Below, piece by piece: positions 25,266 through 38,123 of a DNA stretch of 64,000 nucleotides. The stretch covers positions 32,984,001 to 33,048,000 of the forward strand of contig OZ024749.1 of NCBI GenBank assembly GCA_964016885.1, in the 5' to 3' direction. The position numbers were made by a program, and so were the translations under genes. Within the stretch, counting starts at the first letter, position 1; each line of letters starts with the position of its first letter. The stretch is from Eledone cirrhosa (lineage: Eukaryota). Under the pieces are notes generated by a model that made no database searches, was not told where the DNA came from, and saw only the letters and a list, made by a program, of their open reading frames with translations.

Positions 25266-26259
25266 TTGTTCACCAGTACAAACCTTGCAAAGGTGAGAGA
25301 CCAGAGGCTACAGTGTTTGGGGATAAAAGAGGTTAATATAGGGTTTGAGAGAACACTTCAGTCTTGGTGAACATATGACAACTTCTCTAGCAATGAGACA
25401 CACCAGGTCAAATAATATCTTGCTCATAAATTCCATATTTTGGCATGGGTTCAGCAGCTTGATCTTCTTCCTAACACCAATACCTCTACAGAGTGTACTG
25501 GGTGTATTTTGTTTTGGTACCAGCACAAGTGGGGGTGTCATGTACTTGACAAGACTGAAGTGTTCTCTTTAACTAACTTATATTGTCTCTGATCACTAAC
25601 CACTTTACAGAGTGTACTGGGTGTATTTTATTGTGGCATCAGCATTAGAGAAGTTTTAAGTTGTCAAGTTTTCCACAAGACCAAAGGATCTTCTCTACCT
25701 CATGTTGTTTTGGTTCATTTGTCTACCATTTTGCAGTGGGTATTGAGTGCTTTCCAATATGACATGGATACTAGAGAGGTTCCAATCAATCAAGTTCCAG
25801 AAACCAGTGCAGCCAATTGATGGAATGCCACTCTAGACATTTGAGTGAAATTGACCAGGTTTGTAGGAAACTCCCCACTCCAAAACAACTTGATAACTCA
25901 CACTACTACTACAGTACTGGGTACTGAAACAACTGTTTAACCACTCAAATGTGAATGTCATATATTTTGACCTTATCATTGAAGGTCTTTGATAAAGTTG
26001 ATCACAGAATGATATGACACAAATTTCATGATATCAGCATATACACACACACATATATATGTGTGTGTGTATTTTAGAGGTGTTGGGGGTGGTCATCATG
26101 CCACTTGGGGGTTACATGTATGTAGTTTAAATTTTTCACTATTGATTTAAAAAAAAAGAACATCTGTTACCATTCCCCCAGTAAATCAGACTTTATTTTG
26201 AACAATTTGAAGAACTCCATCATCATCATCAACGTTATTAGAATTAATAATAATAATAA

Positions 26260-26430
26260 TAATTGTTTCTACTTTAAGCACAAGGCCAGCAATCACCCCT
26301 GTGCATTACTGGTGCTTTATTTTATTGACCCTGTAAGGATGAAAGGCAAAGCTTAACCTCGGCGGGATTTTAACTCAGAACGTAAAGGGCCACAACTCCA
26401 TTCCGCAAAGCATAGTGTCTGATGTTCTAT
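26260..26430 (-). mobile_element. Group B SINE
   Basis: taaggatgaaaggcaaagcttaacctcggcgggatt (reverse complement of the core). Confidence 0.8.
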
Positions 26431-27475
26431 TTCTTTATTGTTCACAAGAGTTAACATCAAGAAAAACAGGACAGTATAGCATGAAAACAGTGTTGGTGTG
26501 TGGGTTTTGCATGTAAACAGATTCTCATAACAATTGGGAAAAAAAGAGGTAAAAATAAAAATTAACACAAAGGGAATTCCTCAATTGGGAGGAGATGTTC
26601 GAGGGCTGCTTGTAGACCCCCCCCCCCACAGAAAACTACAGGTGCCCTGATCTCATGCAAGTGCCTTGTCCCAGTTCTCCAATATACAGGTGCACACTTA
26701 GAGCAGGTCCATTCACTCAGACAATGCTGCCCCTTTCACCCACCTTACAATAAACTGCTAGGAAGACAGCACTTCCCTCTTTAACCTGATTTTTATCTTC
26801 GAGTGAAATCTGAAAAAGTTAATCAGGGATTCACCGAAGAGGAAAGCGCTTGCTTTCAATTCTTTCAAACCTGCCCACCATACAATCTCTTTCGCCATTG
26901 CCACCAGACAGATAAAAACAGCCTGCCCTTCCTGACTAAAGGAAGGCAGCGGGGCGATCTTCACAATGGACCCAGCTGATAGCCAGATTTGTCCTACATG
27001 CGACAACAGATGTGTGACATATACTCAAAGGTCAGTATTGCTTGAACTCTGGACGAGTACATATAGGATGGTTTCATCACCCTGCACACATCTCGGACAT
27101 GCCTGGGTGATGGCATTTCTATGCCTGTAAAGTTTAACTCAAACTGATAAAGCTCCCTGATAGCACTGCCAGGCTAGGGATTTCTGGAAAATTTCCATGG
27201 GCTTTGGACTGAAAGTCCTAAAAAGAGTGGCTCAATGATTTTTGTCAATACCTAGGGTTTCCCCCAAATCATTGTCACTTTTTTCTGCCATTAACCCTCT
27301 ATAGAACAGCAAAGTGGAATTTCCACCAATCGTACTGTAGAGGACTGTGAGTGCTTGAAGACATTCCAGTTTCCGAGTGCTCCTTCTTGGTCTTTGCTTG
27401 ACCCAGGACTGCAGCTCCCTTAAGGAGGAGCTGGGGAAACATGTCTAGTGAATGGCGACTGCACCTGTCCATCAA
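26430..27475 (-). mobile_element. Degenerate 3' end of an L1/Tx1-clade LINE
   Basis: Minus strand reads FQKSLAWQCYQGAL...CPRCVQGDETILYVLVQ (zinc-knuckle region), then MAKEIVWW, followed by a T-rich 3'UTR. Confidence 0.7.
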
Positions 27476-27499
27476 GGAAACGTTGGAGATGTCATAGCC

Positions 27500-28040
27500 T
27501 CAGCATGTATCTGTGCATCATCACCCATAGCATTCCCAGTCCTCCATGCAACAGGTGTTGACTGTAACAGTGCAGTCAGATAGGACTTAGGACAAGGCAT
27601 GACGGCCAGGCAGTAGTAGACAATGGATGCAATATAAATGTGGGTCTGTCTGCCAAGCATCAAGACCTTGATCATGAAACAGCATCTCCAGTGGTAAGGT
27701 CACATAGTACACCTGGGAGACAACAGACTCCCAAAACAAGTATTGTATGGAGAATTGTTGCAAGGCTTGAAAGACTGCCTGAAAGATACCCTGAAGAAAG
27801 TCAACATCAACACCAAAACATGAAAAAATATTGCAACAGACAGAGCCCAGTAGTGAAATCTGTTTGCTACCGGTGTTAAGGAATTTGAAAAGAAGGTGAG
27901 TGTAGTGAAACAAACAGCTAAATATTTGGGGTATGTTAGTTCATTCGCAGAATGATGTTTGAAAAAAAATCTTACCTGTGAGGGATCTGGACATATATCA
28001 AAAGCTGGGTTACTGAGCCATAGCAGATGTCATACTCTTT
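27500..28040 (+). mobile_element. Degenerate RTE (BovB-like) LINE 3' fragment
   Basis: Reads HLQW*GHIVHLGDNRLPKQVLYGEL...KDCLKDTLKK, with a decayed C2H2-like end (GLLSHSRCH). Confidence 0.7.
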
Positions 28041-28049
28041 GAGTACCCC

Positions 28050-28390
28050 ATCATCATCATCAACGTTTAACGTCTGTGTTCCACACTTGCATGGGTTTGG
28101 ACGGGGGTTTTCCCACTTGAGGCAAGAGTGGTTGTCTTGCTCGCATAGGACTGTCTGGCGGGTTTTCTACAGCTGGATGCCCTTCCTAACACCAACCACA
28201 TTTACAGTGTGGGGCTGGGAGGTTTTTACCGTGTTGCCTACACGGCCACATTACAGCGTGGACTGTGTGTTTTTTTGTCGTGACACCTACACGACCTCAT
28301 TTGTTTCGGGCTGGATGTTGTGGCACCAACATAACTTTACATTGAAAGGGGTGGTGTGGATGGGGTGGGACGGGGATAACTTGATTTTGC
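28050..28390 (-). mobile_element. RTE LINE 3'UTR copy
   Basis: Reverse complement of 29645-29975. Confidence 0.85.
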
Positions 28391-28534
28391 ATGTAGCAGC
28401 AGTACCAAAGAGTTTCAATCTGTATGTGGGTTAACACAGCACCTCAAAGCATGCCACACCAATCAGACTCAAGAAGGTGGGAAACTTATCTGCACATTGT
28501 GTATGTATGTCTACACACAGACATTTGTATACAT

Positions 28535-28865
28535 TAAAAAAGGGTAAAGACCTCCTTCAGTCACGAATGACCATGGGATTTGCACCTAGAAAGTTCCCCT
28601 CAGAGGCAAAAGTCTGGGCAAGGTTGTTTGTGGAAGACCAGCAGTCGCCCACACATACCAGTCTTCTCTCTCCACGCCACCGATGTTGTCCAAGGGAAAG
28701 GCAAAGGCCAATACAACTTAGCATCAGTAACATCACATCTCATTTCTACAGCTGAGTGAACTGAAATAAAGTGTCTTGTTCAAGAACACAACACAAAGCC
28801 CAGTCCGAGAATCGAACTCACAACCTTGTAATTGCAAGCCCGACGATCTAACCAGTAAGCCTTCA
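28535..28865 (-). mobile_element. CORE-type SINE with a different 3' tail
   Basis: gaaataaagtgtcttgttcaag and gaatcgaactcacaacc (reverse-complement head/core); tail fragment also at 40995-41080. Confidence 0.75.
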
Positions 28866-28884
28866 CATTAGAAAGTAACTCAAT

Positions 28885-29072
28885 AATTGTTTCTACATTT
28901 GGCACAAGGCCATCAATTACCCAGTACATTACTGGTACTTTATTTTATCGAACCCGTAAGGATGAAAGGCAAAGTTAACCTTGGCGGGATTTGAACTCAG
29001 ACCATAAAGGGACGTAACTATGCTGGAAAGCATGGCGTCCGACCCTCTACCATTACTGCCAATCCACCGCCC
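28885..29072 (-). mobile_element. Group B SINE
   Basis: Full reverse-complement match to 37431-37616. Confidence 0.85.
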
Positions 29073-29334
29073 GTGAAAGTAACTCAATAATAATCTTTTG
29101 TTAGTGACAATTGACTTAATGATTTCTGTAATCAGCAACAAGTGACTAAATCTATCTAAATAAACTGTTATCTTTTAAAATATCTTTCGAGACTGCGATC
29201 ACAAGTTGATGTAATATCTATATATTGACTGACTATGTTAGATATTGGTTTCGTTCCCACAGTTAAGAGTATCATATCTTTGGGGTGACTAATATACGAG
29301 TATATCTATATATATACATATATATTTATATATA

Positions 29335-29976
29335 GAAATAAGAGGTATCAGATGTTGTTTACTCGAGAGAAGGCTACGTTGGTACGGTCACGTGATGCGC
29401 ATGAAAGACGACAGCTGTATAACAAAGTGCAGGGCAATAAAGATAGACGGTAGCCACGGAGTAGGCAGACCCAGAAAAACCTGGGACGACATGATAAATT
29501 CCGACCTCACACGCTTACACCTCTCCAAGACAATGTCACTGGACCGAGACCTTTGGCGGTACTCAGTAATAGAGAAGACCCGCCTTACCTAAATACAAAG
29601 TAAAAACCTACTACAGTCAGTAGGCATCTCTATCAAAACACACCCCCGTCCCACCACCTCCACCCCATCCACACCGCCCCTTTCAATGTAAAGTTATGTT
29701 GGTCCCACAACATCCAGGCCGAAACAAATAAGATTGTGTAGGTGTCACGACAAAAAAACACACAGTCCACGCTGTAAATGTGGCCGTGTAGGCAACACGG
29801 TAAAAACCTCCCAGCCCCACACTGTAAATGTGGTTGGTGTTAGGAAGGGCATCCAGCTGTAGAAAACCCGGCAGACAGTCCTATGCGAGCAAGACAACCA
29901 CTCTTGCCTCAAGTGGGAAAACCCCCGTCCAAACCCATGACGTTAAACCTGATGATGATGATGATGATGATGATGA
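29335..29976 (+). mobile_element. 5'-truncated RTE LINE (second family) with a ~380-nt 3'UTR
   Basis: [16 protein letters not shown]...GRPRKTW...IEKTRLT*, then the UTR seen as dispersed copies and a (GAT)n tail. Confidence 0.85.
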
Positions 29977-29984
29977 TATACATA

Positions 29985-30024
<40 letters not shown>

Positions 30025-30104
30025 CACACACATATATATATATATGTCCCAAGGCTCTAAAACTATCAACACCATAACCACAGGGCTGGCATATCTAAGA
30101 ACTA

Positions 30105-30160
30105 ACTGCCTGATGAGGTCATAGCCATTCAATAGCTATCATCGAAATATATATAGCAGT
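30105..30160 (+). ncRNA. Type I hammerhead ribozyme
   Basis: actgc CTGATGA ggtcatagc-cattcaata-gctatcatc GAAA tatat ATA gcagt; lies in a ~160-bp insert between (TA)n tracts. Confidence 0.8.
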
Positions 30161-30201
30161 AAATAAAGGATTATGAGTTCATGCAATTGACTTATGTTTC
30201 G

Positions 30202-30275
<74 letters not shown>

Positions 30276-31202
30276 TCATCATCATCGTTGTTTAACATTC
30301 ACTTTCCACACTAGCATGAATTAGACAGGTTGTTCCATTTGAGGCAGGTTGGGTCAGATGATATATATACATATATATAAACAGTTCTGTACAAGCAGGA
30401 TACAGTTACCTGACCTATATATTTATATATATATTCCCGTATGAGCAAGATATGGTCACCAGACCTAACATTGCCCACAACAGGACAACCCGTCTAACCC
30501 ATGCTAGCGTGGAAGAATGGACGTAAAACGGTGATGATGATGATGATATATATAGATAGATACACACACACATATATATATATGCAAAAATTAAACAGAA
30601 ATAACAAAGCAAACAACACAATACAATGGAGAAATATATTAGTTTAACACTTGATATAATAGGAAAAGAGTCTTTACATTTCAAACACTATCAGAAGATA
30701 GAATAAGAAATAAAAGATGAAAGTGAGAAGAGAAAGGAATGGAAATAACATTTTTGAGAAAAAGCACGTCTGTATTCAGTCAGCCACTTTAGGGAAATAT
30801 ATATATATATATATGTATCATCATCATCATCATTTTCATCATCATAATTTGACCTCCCAGATTGGCTGAGGGGTCTGTATCTTGCTTACGTACGGTCATA
30901 TCGAGTGCAGAGAAGTTGTGTCTTTTGACACAAATTGAAGGTTCCTCCTAACCCCTTGTTTGGCAAACTTTCTAAGGCTGGATGTCCTTCCTACCATCAA
31001 CTACTTTACAGCAAGTACTGGGTGCTTTTATTGTGTAGATCACCAGCACTAGGGAAGCAGTATACAATTATGTGACACCTAATGAGTGCTGTTAGCAGTG
31101 ACAGAATCTGTAATCCAGGGTTAACCCACCCTTTTGATACCCAAACCACATGAAATTTACCCTGGTTCTACAATACAAGACTGTTTTTTTGTGTTTTCTT
31201 TT

Positions 31203-31510
31203 TGCTTAGTGGTTAGGGTATTTGGCTTACAGTTGTAAAATTGTGAGTTCCATTCTTAGTGGTGCATTGTGTCCTTGGGCAAGACACTTTATTTCACGTT
31301 ACTCCAGTCCACTCAGCTGGCAAAAATGAGTTGTACCTGTAGTTTGAATGGCCAGCCTTGTCACATTCTGTGTCATGCTGAATCTCCCTGAGAACCACGT
31401 TAAGTGTATGCGTGTCTGTGGAATGCTCAGCCATTTTCACATTAATTTCACGAGAAGGCTGTTCCGTCGATCGGTTCAACTGGAACACTCGTCGTTTTAA
31501 CTGACAGAGT
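31203..31510 (+). mobile_element. CORE-type SINE (family of 7178-7490)
   Basis: gcttagtggttagggt, gtccttgggcaagacactttatttcacg. Confidence 0.8.
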
Positions 31511-31913
31511 GACTCATCTATCATCACCAGCACCAGCACCACCACCACCACCACCACCACTACCATAATCATCATGAACCTGAAACTATGTGGTTGTAAA
31601 GTGAACACTTTAATCATACAGCAATGTCTGTACCTTCTTTATTTATCATATATAAATATTAGGTGACTAACTCTGATTTATCTTTATGTAGCCATTGCCA
31701 ATATTCTACACAGAAATGTTTTCTTACAAAAACAAAAAACAAAAACACACCACTTAGTCTGACCAATTTTCTAACCTATAACCTCAGATATTCTTTCTTA
31801 TTTGTATAATCTAGTTAACACTCCCACCAGCACCAACATAATTCTTTTTCTACATTTACACAAACAATTTTCATTCATCTAGTTTATCTGGTTACAAAGA
31901 TATTCTAACCCTT

Positions 31914-32170
31914 ATCATCATCATCATCAACATCTATCTTCCATGCTAGCATGGGTTTAGATGGGAATTGTCCCACGTGAGGCAACATTGGTTGTCTTGC
32001 TCGTATAGGACTGTCTGGCGGGTTTTCTATGGCTGGATGCCCTTCCTAACACCAACCACGTTTACAGTGTGGACTGGGTTTTTTTTACCGTGTTACCTAC
32101 ACGGCCACATTACAGTGTGGACTGTGTGTTTTTTTTTTGTTGTGACACCTACACGACCTCATTTATTTAG
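31914..32170 (-). mobile_element. RTE LINE 3'UTR copy
   Basis: Homologous to 28050-28300. Confidence 0.8.
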
Positions 32171-33829
32171 GACTATGTATTATGTAATATTGCCATGTGT
32201 GCCATATTATTAAGCATGCATGTTTAGTTCATCTATAGAATGTATGTATTTTTCAGGCTAATTCTCAAGCCTGAAAAGTTGATTTTCAACTCAAGTTTGA
32301 CTAAAATTACCAATAAGCATATTTTTTTGAGATTGTACAAATCCACAAAGAAATGTGTTCTACATTGTTACAACAATCATAACCTCAAAGAGTGAGATAT
32401 CTTCTGTGAAACAATATGCCGAGTCCACTAAGAGGAACTTAAAAAATAATATTGAATAATACTGAAATTCAATATTTTACTCAGTTAATTACATTGATAT
32501 ATGTTACTTAATACATGTGAACTGCAAACTTAAGCTTAACATATCCAATAAAAACCATGCTTTTGATTAATACCCATGGCACAAATGGTATGCAATACAA
32601 AGTTCTTGTTCAGAAATGAGTTTCAATGTTTGGCTCACACAGGAAAACCACACCAAGTAATATGGTGGCTTCTATTAGTGAATAACTGAGTAAAGTTATA
32701 CTGGATCTTTTATGTTACTGTATTTCTAATGAAATATACTGTCTATATATTTCAATTAATTTTGACAATAATCAAACATTTGGAGGAATTAAATAAAATA
32801 ATTAACTTAGTCATTAGTAATAAAAAATTGGTTTCAGGTGACTAGATATTAAAAGAGTTGACACTGGAAAACATGAAGCACATATGAAAGGCAAAGTTCA
32901 CTTTAGTGGGATTTGAACTCATAGCACAAAGAACCAGAACTGACATGGCTTTAAGGGTTTTACCATTTCACTAAGCAATGAAATGGAAATATCTGTTTAC
33001 ATGAGTGTGTGTCTGTGAAACATGGACATATACAACAGGTCTGAACACAAAAGAACCAAACTCCCACAGTCACTGCCTCCATCTCCCCTGCTCTCCCCAT
33101 CTCTCACTATTATGAGCAAATCGGGGCCCATGCACTGGCCGCCCTGTGGCCCTAGCAGACTGGCTGCCCAGTGGACAGAATAGAGAAGGCGTTTTCCCCA
33201 GAGAATGGTAAGGGAGACGCACTGGAAGAGCTATTCCAGCTCACAAGGCTCACACCTGCAAGTAGCCAACTCTGTGCCAATGGTGGTGAGCAGGGAGGTG
33301 GCACTGGGGTCAATTTACCAGAAGTCTCCACTGCTATGGGCTCGACCAGACCGCAAACCTGTCAGAGAGCGACTGATATTTAGAGAGTTTACCTTCCTCG
33401 GCCTGAAGTACAGCAGAGCCTGGGTTAGTCGCACACTGTACCAGGTTGCTACTGAAGAATGTGTCACTGCATGTGGCATCCTGACTTTTAATAAACAAAC
33501 AGATTAAAAGGCATCTCACTGAATTTGTGAGATGTTGTTAAGATGATTTATTATGATTTCAGCCTTGTTAGATGTTTTGACAAAACTGATTGGCACTAGA
33601 TTGTCTACAATCACTAAAATGGCTGGGGCTTGAAATATATGTGAAAGGTATTTCCTCTATCTCACTTTCTATCTTTCTCTAGAAGAAATCTGCTGCACTC
33701 AAGCTTGGAGAGGGATGGGCTCCAGCAGGCTTAAAATGCCCAAGAAATGCTGTATGTCAATACAGCGCCCCTATGACTCTATCAGCAGTTACGGAACCAT
33801 ACATACATACATATGAGAAAGGCCTCTCA

Positions 33830-34520
33830 GTTTCAGTCAACTTAAGAAAAAACCCAGAGTTGGAGTCTCTAAGGCAGTTTGAGGCTGTAATCAACAATGT
33901 CCTGGCAACTTATGTGATGGCACTGAAACCATGTGTAGCAGTATTTACCTTTCCATTGAATGTCTCAGTCTTGCCATTACTTAGGTGCTTTTCTAGAGAT
34001 CCAGGCCACCTGGCACACACAAATCAGCAAGAGAATACCTTCTCTATTTTTAAGGCTTTTAACATGTTGGGTCAAATTATAACCCCCCCCCAGTGGCCTT
34101 GCTACATTTGAACTAACTCTTTAATTGCTCTGAAAAGTTATTCATCGCTTCCCGATACACCTCATGTACAGATGTCGACTGGATTTAGGAGATAAGCAAC
34201 ATATTCTTTCCATCTGAGGAGAGGAGAACCCCAGATGCATTCCAAATAGCAGGTGTGGCAGAAGACTTCTTATTATGAAGTCGGCAGATGGTCTGCCAGA
34301 ACATTTTATTTGTTGATCTGAAGTTGGATTCCAGCTTAACTCCAAAGTCCTCCCATGTCTTAACTTTGGACACCTTTACTGTCTCTCCTGTAAATTTTCA
34401 CACCTGCTTGAATCACAGGTGCACATGTCAAGCTCTGCAGACCTCTTTCTTTGCTTGGACGGCATCTTTAAACTCCTCATTGAACCAAGGGGTCCTCCTG
34501 CCAGCTGGCGCTGAATTTAC
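33830..34520 (-). mobile_element. Degenerate RTE LINE internal fragment (APE-RT linker)
   Basis: RRTPWFNEEFKDAVQAKKE and KTWEDFGVKLESNFRSTNKMFWQTI. Confidence 0.7.
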
Positions 34521-35358
34521 TGGTTTTGTGCTAAAATTATAAACTATTATATTTGAAGAATATAATAGAATATAATAGAATTGGCTGCTATTTCTAGCAG
34601 CTGAAACTATTGTGTGTAGCTTTCTCTCTTTCTCTTTCAATGGCTAGTCAGAATGTAGGAAGGGGTGAGGGTTTTAACATTTAGTTATGAAGGATAATAA
34701 GTCTGATTCGAGTCAGGGAATGAATGAAGGGGAAGGGGTTAAACCCACTGTAACCTCCAGCACCACCTCACTTCTCTGACTAATTTACAAAGATAACAAC
34801 AATAAATTGTGATCTATGGCTAAATTTAGGAGGGAATTTTTCTGTTCTAATGGTCTTGAATAATCAATAATGCTGTGAATATACAAGGGTGGAGTGATAA
34901 GCTGTTGAAGTGGCGCACACACAGATATGTATATGTACCCACGAGTTGAACATTCTAAAAAACACACATACATATACACACACTGACACACACGCACACA
35001 TTGACATATACACAATGTCGCACACACACACACATTGACACCTACACACATATACTTAAAAAAGAAAGACTAGATCTCTAACTCTTTTTACTAACCTATC
35101 CCAACATAAACACACATACGCATATATATATATATATATATACAATTATCTACATACACTCAACTAACTGATTACATAATTACACACACATCTTATCTAA
35201 CCCAATGTACGCTCTCACACACTATATTAACATATAACATCCACACACATATAAATACAACGGATCACATAAACATACATACAGTATATACTAACAATTA
35301 CGCAGATTACACCAACGGAAATTTAGATAATAAATATCATTAGGAAGAATGTATTGAC

Positions 35359-35389
35359 TGCACGTGACACCCATGCTTAAGTATATAAA
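35359..35389 (+). promoter_or_regulatory. Candidate lipase promoter: E-box/CLEAR-like TGCACGTGAC plus TATA box
   Basis: tgcacgtgac at 35359-35368 and tatataaa at 35382-35389, about 230 bp upstream of the ATG. Confidence 0.45.
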
Positions 35390-35621
35390 TATTTAGAATT
35401 AGTACAGAACTAAGCACAACCCTTAAGGCATCTCTGCCTTGAATTTGTAACAAATTTCTTTGTCTTCCAAGTTCATGTTTGGTCCGTTTACCAACGAGAG
35501 AACAACAACATAAAAAAGAAAGGAAAAAAAAAAGGGTCCCCGTTCGATTTATTCTTTCGAAAATTTTCCATTTCCCTTTCATTAGAAAACGAAGCGGAGA
35601 GAAAACAAAGGAACTTTAAAG

Positions 35622-35855
35622 ATGGTGTTTCGTTTAATAATCTGCGTGTGTCTTGTAGTAGTCTGTGGTACTTCCATCACGCCGCTTGCACCACCAAGAC
35701 AAATGAACTACCAAGATTATGGTCAACATTTTAACCAAACTGTCCAGTCAATTAAGAAATATTACGAAGGTTTGGCTCATCTCTTTAACGAAACTCATAT
35801 GTTGGAACTGTTGGGAGAGTTGATGCATCTTGACCCAGAGGTTAATATGAACGCG
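35622..35855 (+). CDS. LIPA-like: Acid lipase (LIPA/gastric lipase family), coding exon 1: signal peptide and pro-segment
   Basis: MVFRLIICVCLVVVCG...DPEVNMNA; GTGAG donor; phase 0. Confidence 0.9.
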
Positions 35856-36593
35856 GTGAGTTATAGATTTGTTTACATACACGCACAGACACAGATACAT
35901 ACACATACACAGACATACACACACACACACAGACACAAACACACACAGAGGCATAAAGAGACATATACACACAGCCATAAAGAGACACAGACACAGACAC
36001 ACAGATACACATACACATACACACATACAAGCACAGACAGACACACACAAACAGGCACACACATTCTGCAACAATACTTCGGCGTTTCTAATTTTATTAG
36101 AAGGCCAGCAATTTGAGGTGGTTGGGAGTCAATCGGATATGTATGGATGTATGTATGTATGTATGTACATACATTCACCCATACATCCACTAACATCTGA
36201 TTGTTTATTTGATTTAGCCAGAAAGTATGGGAGACAACTCCAGACAAAACAATTCTATTCAAATATTCACTATATTTTTAGTAATTCTTTCATTATTGCT
36301 TCTGCAAGTACCGTGAAGTCTGATGAGGTCAGAATACGACCGGAACATTTCAGGAGTTGTTTGTTGTACTTGCCAGTGAAATGGAAATATCATTAATCGC
36401 TGACTATAATATAAAAAATGGTCATTTAAAATATGAAGGCTGGGAAAGTCTGAGTGTTTGTAAGTCTATTTGTCACTTACACCTCAAGGCTCACACTGAA
36501 TGTCTCTATCTTACACCAACTGAATACCTACCTGTTCCTCTCCACCCTTCATCCACGTCCTAACACCCCCACTCTTCACCAGCTAAGTGCCCC

Positions 36594-37025
36594 ATTAGAA
36601 ATATTGTAATGAAAGGGTTAATGATATAGGTATGACTTTCATTAGAAATAAGGTAATGAAAGGGTTAATGACATAGATAGTGTCTTTCATTAGAAATATT
36701 GTAATGAAAGGGTTAATGACATAGGCAGTGTCTTTCATTAGAAATATTGTAATGAAAGGGTTAATGACATAGGTAGTGTCTTTCATTAGAAATATTGTAA
36801 TGAAAGGGTTAATGGCATAGAACATTTTTTTTATTAGAAATATTGTAATGAAAGGGTTAATGACTGTCTTTCATTAGAAATATGATAATGAAAGGGTTAA
36901 TGACATAGACAATGTCTTTCATTAGAAATATGGTAATGAAAGGGTTAATGACATAGATAGTGTCTTTCATTAGAAATATTCTAATAAAAGTTTAATGACA
37001 TAGGTAGTGTCTTTCATTAGAAATA
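36594..37025. repeat. Intronic minisatellite, 48 bp x ~9
   Basis: attagaaatattgtaatgaaagggttaatgacataggtagtgtctttc units. Confidence 0.95.
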
Positions 37026-37430
37026 CTAGCAGAAAAACCACCCTTCGGGTGGTTTTCTGATGGGGTGTGTAATGGGCATATTGATATTATACACAAGTGT
37101 ATATGCATGTAGATATGATACATCAAATAAAATCGTAATTGACAATATATAATACATAGAAATTGAACATAGACTGCGTTACACTGTCTTATGTAATCAG
37201 TAACGTAATCCATGATACATTAAAAAAGACGATATTATATATAAACTGCATTAGGAGAAAATTAGTGATGGAAATATATGAATATTTATTTAAGCGGAAG
37301 TGTTGACATTTGAAAATTTTAAAGAAGTGAATCTTAAAATAAGCAACAATATTATTTATATTTAATCAAGAATAATGAAATTTAGTAGATAAATTATGTA
37401 ATATTCATTCATTATTCATTCACAGTAAAG

Positions 37431-37616
37431 GGCGGTGAATTGGCAGTATCGGTAGAGGGTTGGACGCCATGCTTTCTAGCATAGTTACGTCCCTTTACGG
37501 TTTGAGTTCAAATTCAGCCGAGGTTAACTTTGCCTTTCATCCTTACGGGGTCGATAAAATAAAGTACCAGTAATGTACTGGGTAATTGCTGGCCTTGTGC
37601 CTAAAGTAGAAACAAT
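37431..37616 (+). mobile_element. Full-length group B SINE with target-site duplication
   Basis: tggcagtatcggtagag A box, gagttcaaatt B box; flanking attcacagtaa direct repeats. Confidence 0.9.
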
Positions 37617-37755
37617 TATTTATTCACAGTAATCCAACTTATTTTACAAATGGGATAACAAAAATATATTCTGGATGCAGTTCCGCACTCCTTACTTTAT
37701 TATAGTTTAGATTGTAATGAAAGGGTTAATGTAAATTATGTTCTATTATTTCCAG

Positions 37756-37957
37756 AGTCAACTAATTACAAGTAAAGGGTACCCTTGCGAAGAGCACACT
37801 GTCCTCACCAAAGATGGTTTCTATCTGGATATTCAACGAATTCCTCATGGCATCAAAAACAGGAACCCCAACAAAGTCAGACCTGCACTACTTTTACAAC
37901 ATGGTGTTCTAGGAGCTTCAACCAATTTCTTAACAAACCTTGCTAATGAATCACTTG
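37756..37957 (+). CDS. LIPA-like: Acid lipase exon 2
   Basis: SQLITSKGYPCEEHTVLTKDGFYLDIQRIPHG...LLQHGVL...NESLG; ccag acceptor, GTATG donor. Confidence 0.95.
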
Positions 37958-38076
37958 GTATGGTCCTGCTTTCTCTTATCTATTCCAGTGAATGTGGATG
38001 TGTACATGTGTATGTGTGTATGTGTACATGTGAATATGTACATGTGCATATGTACATGTGTATGCTGGAGTATAAA

Positions 38077-38123
<47 letters not shown>

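Noticed and set aside
35856-36116. C-terminal half of ORF 35622-36116
   Set aside because: Intron read-through into (CA)n after the GTGAG donor
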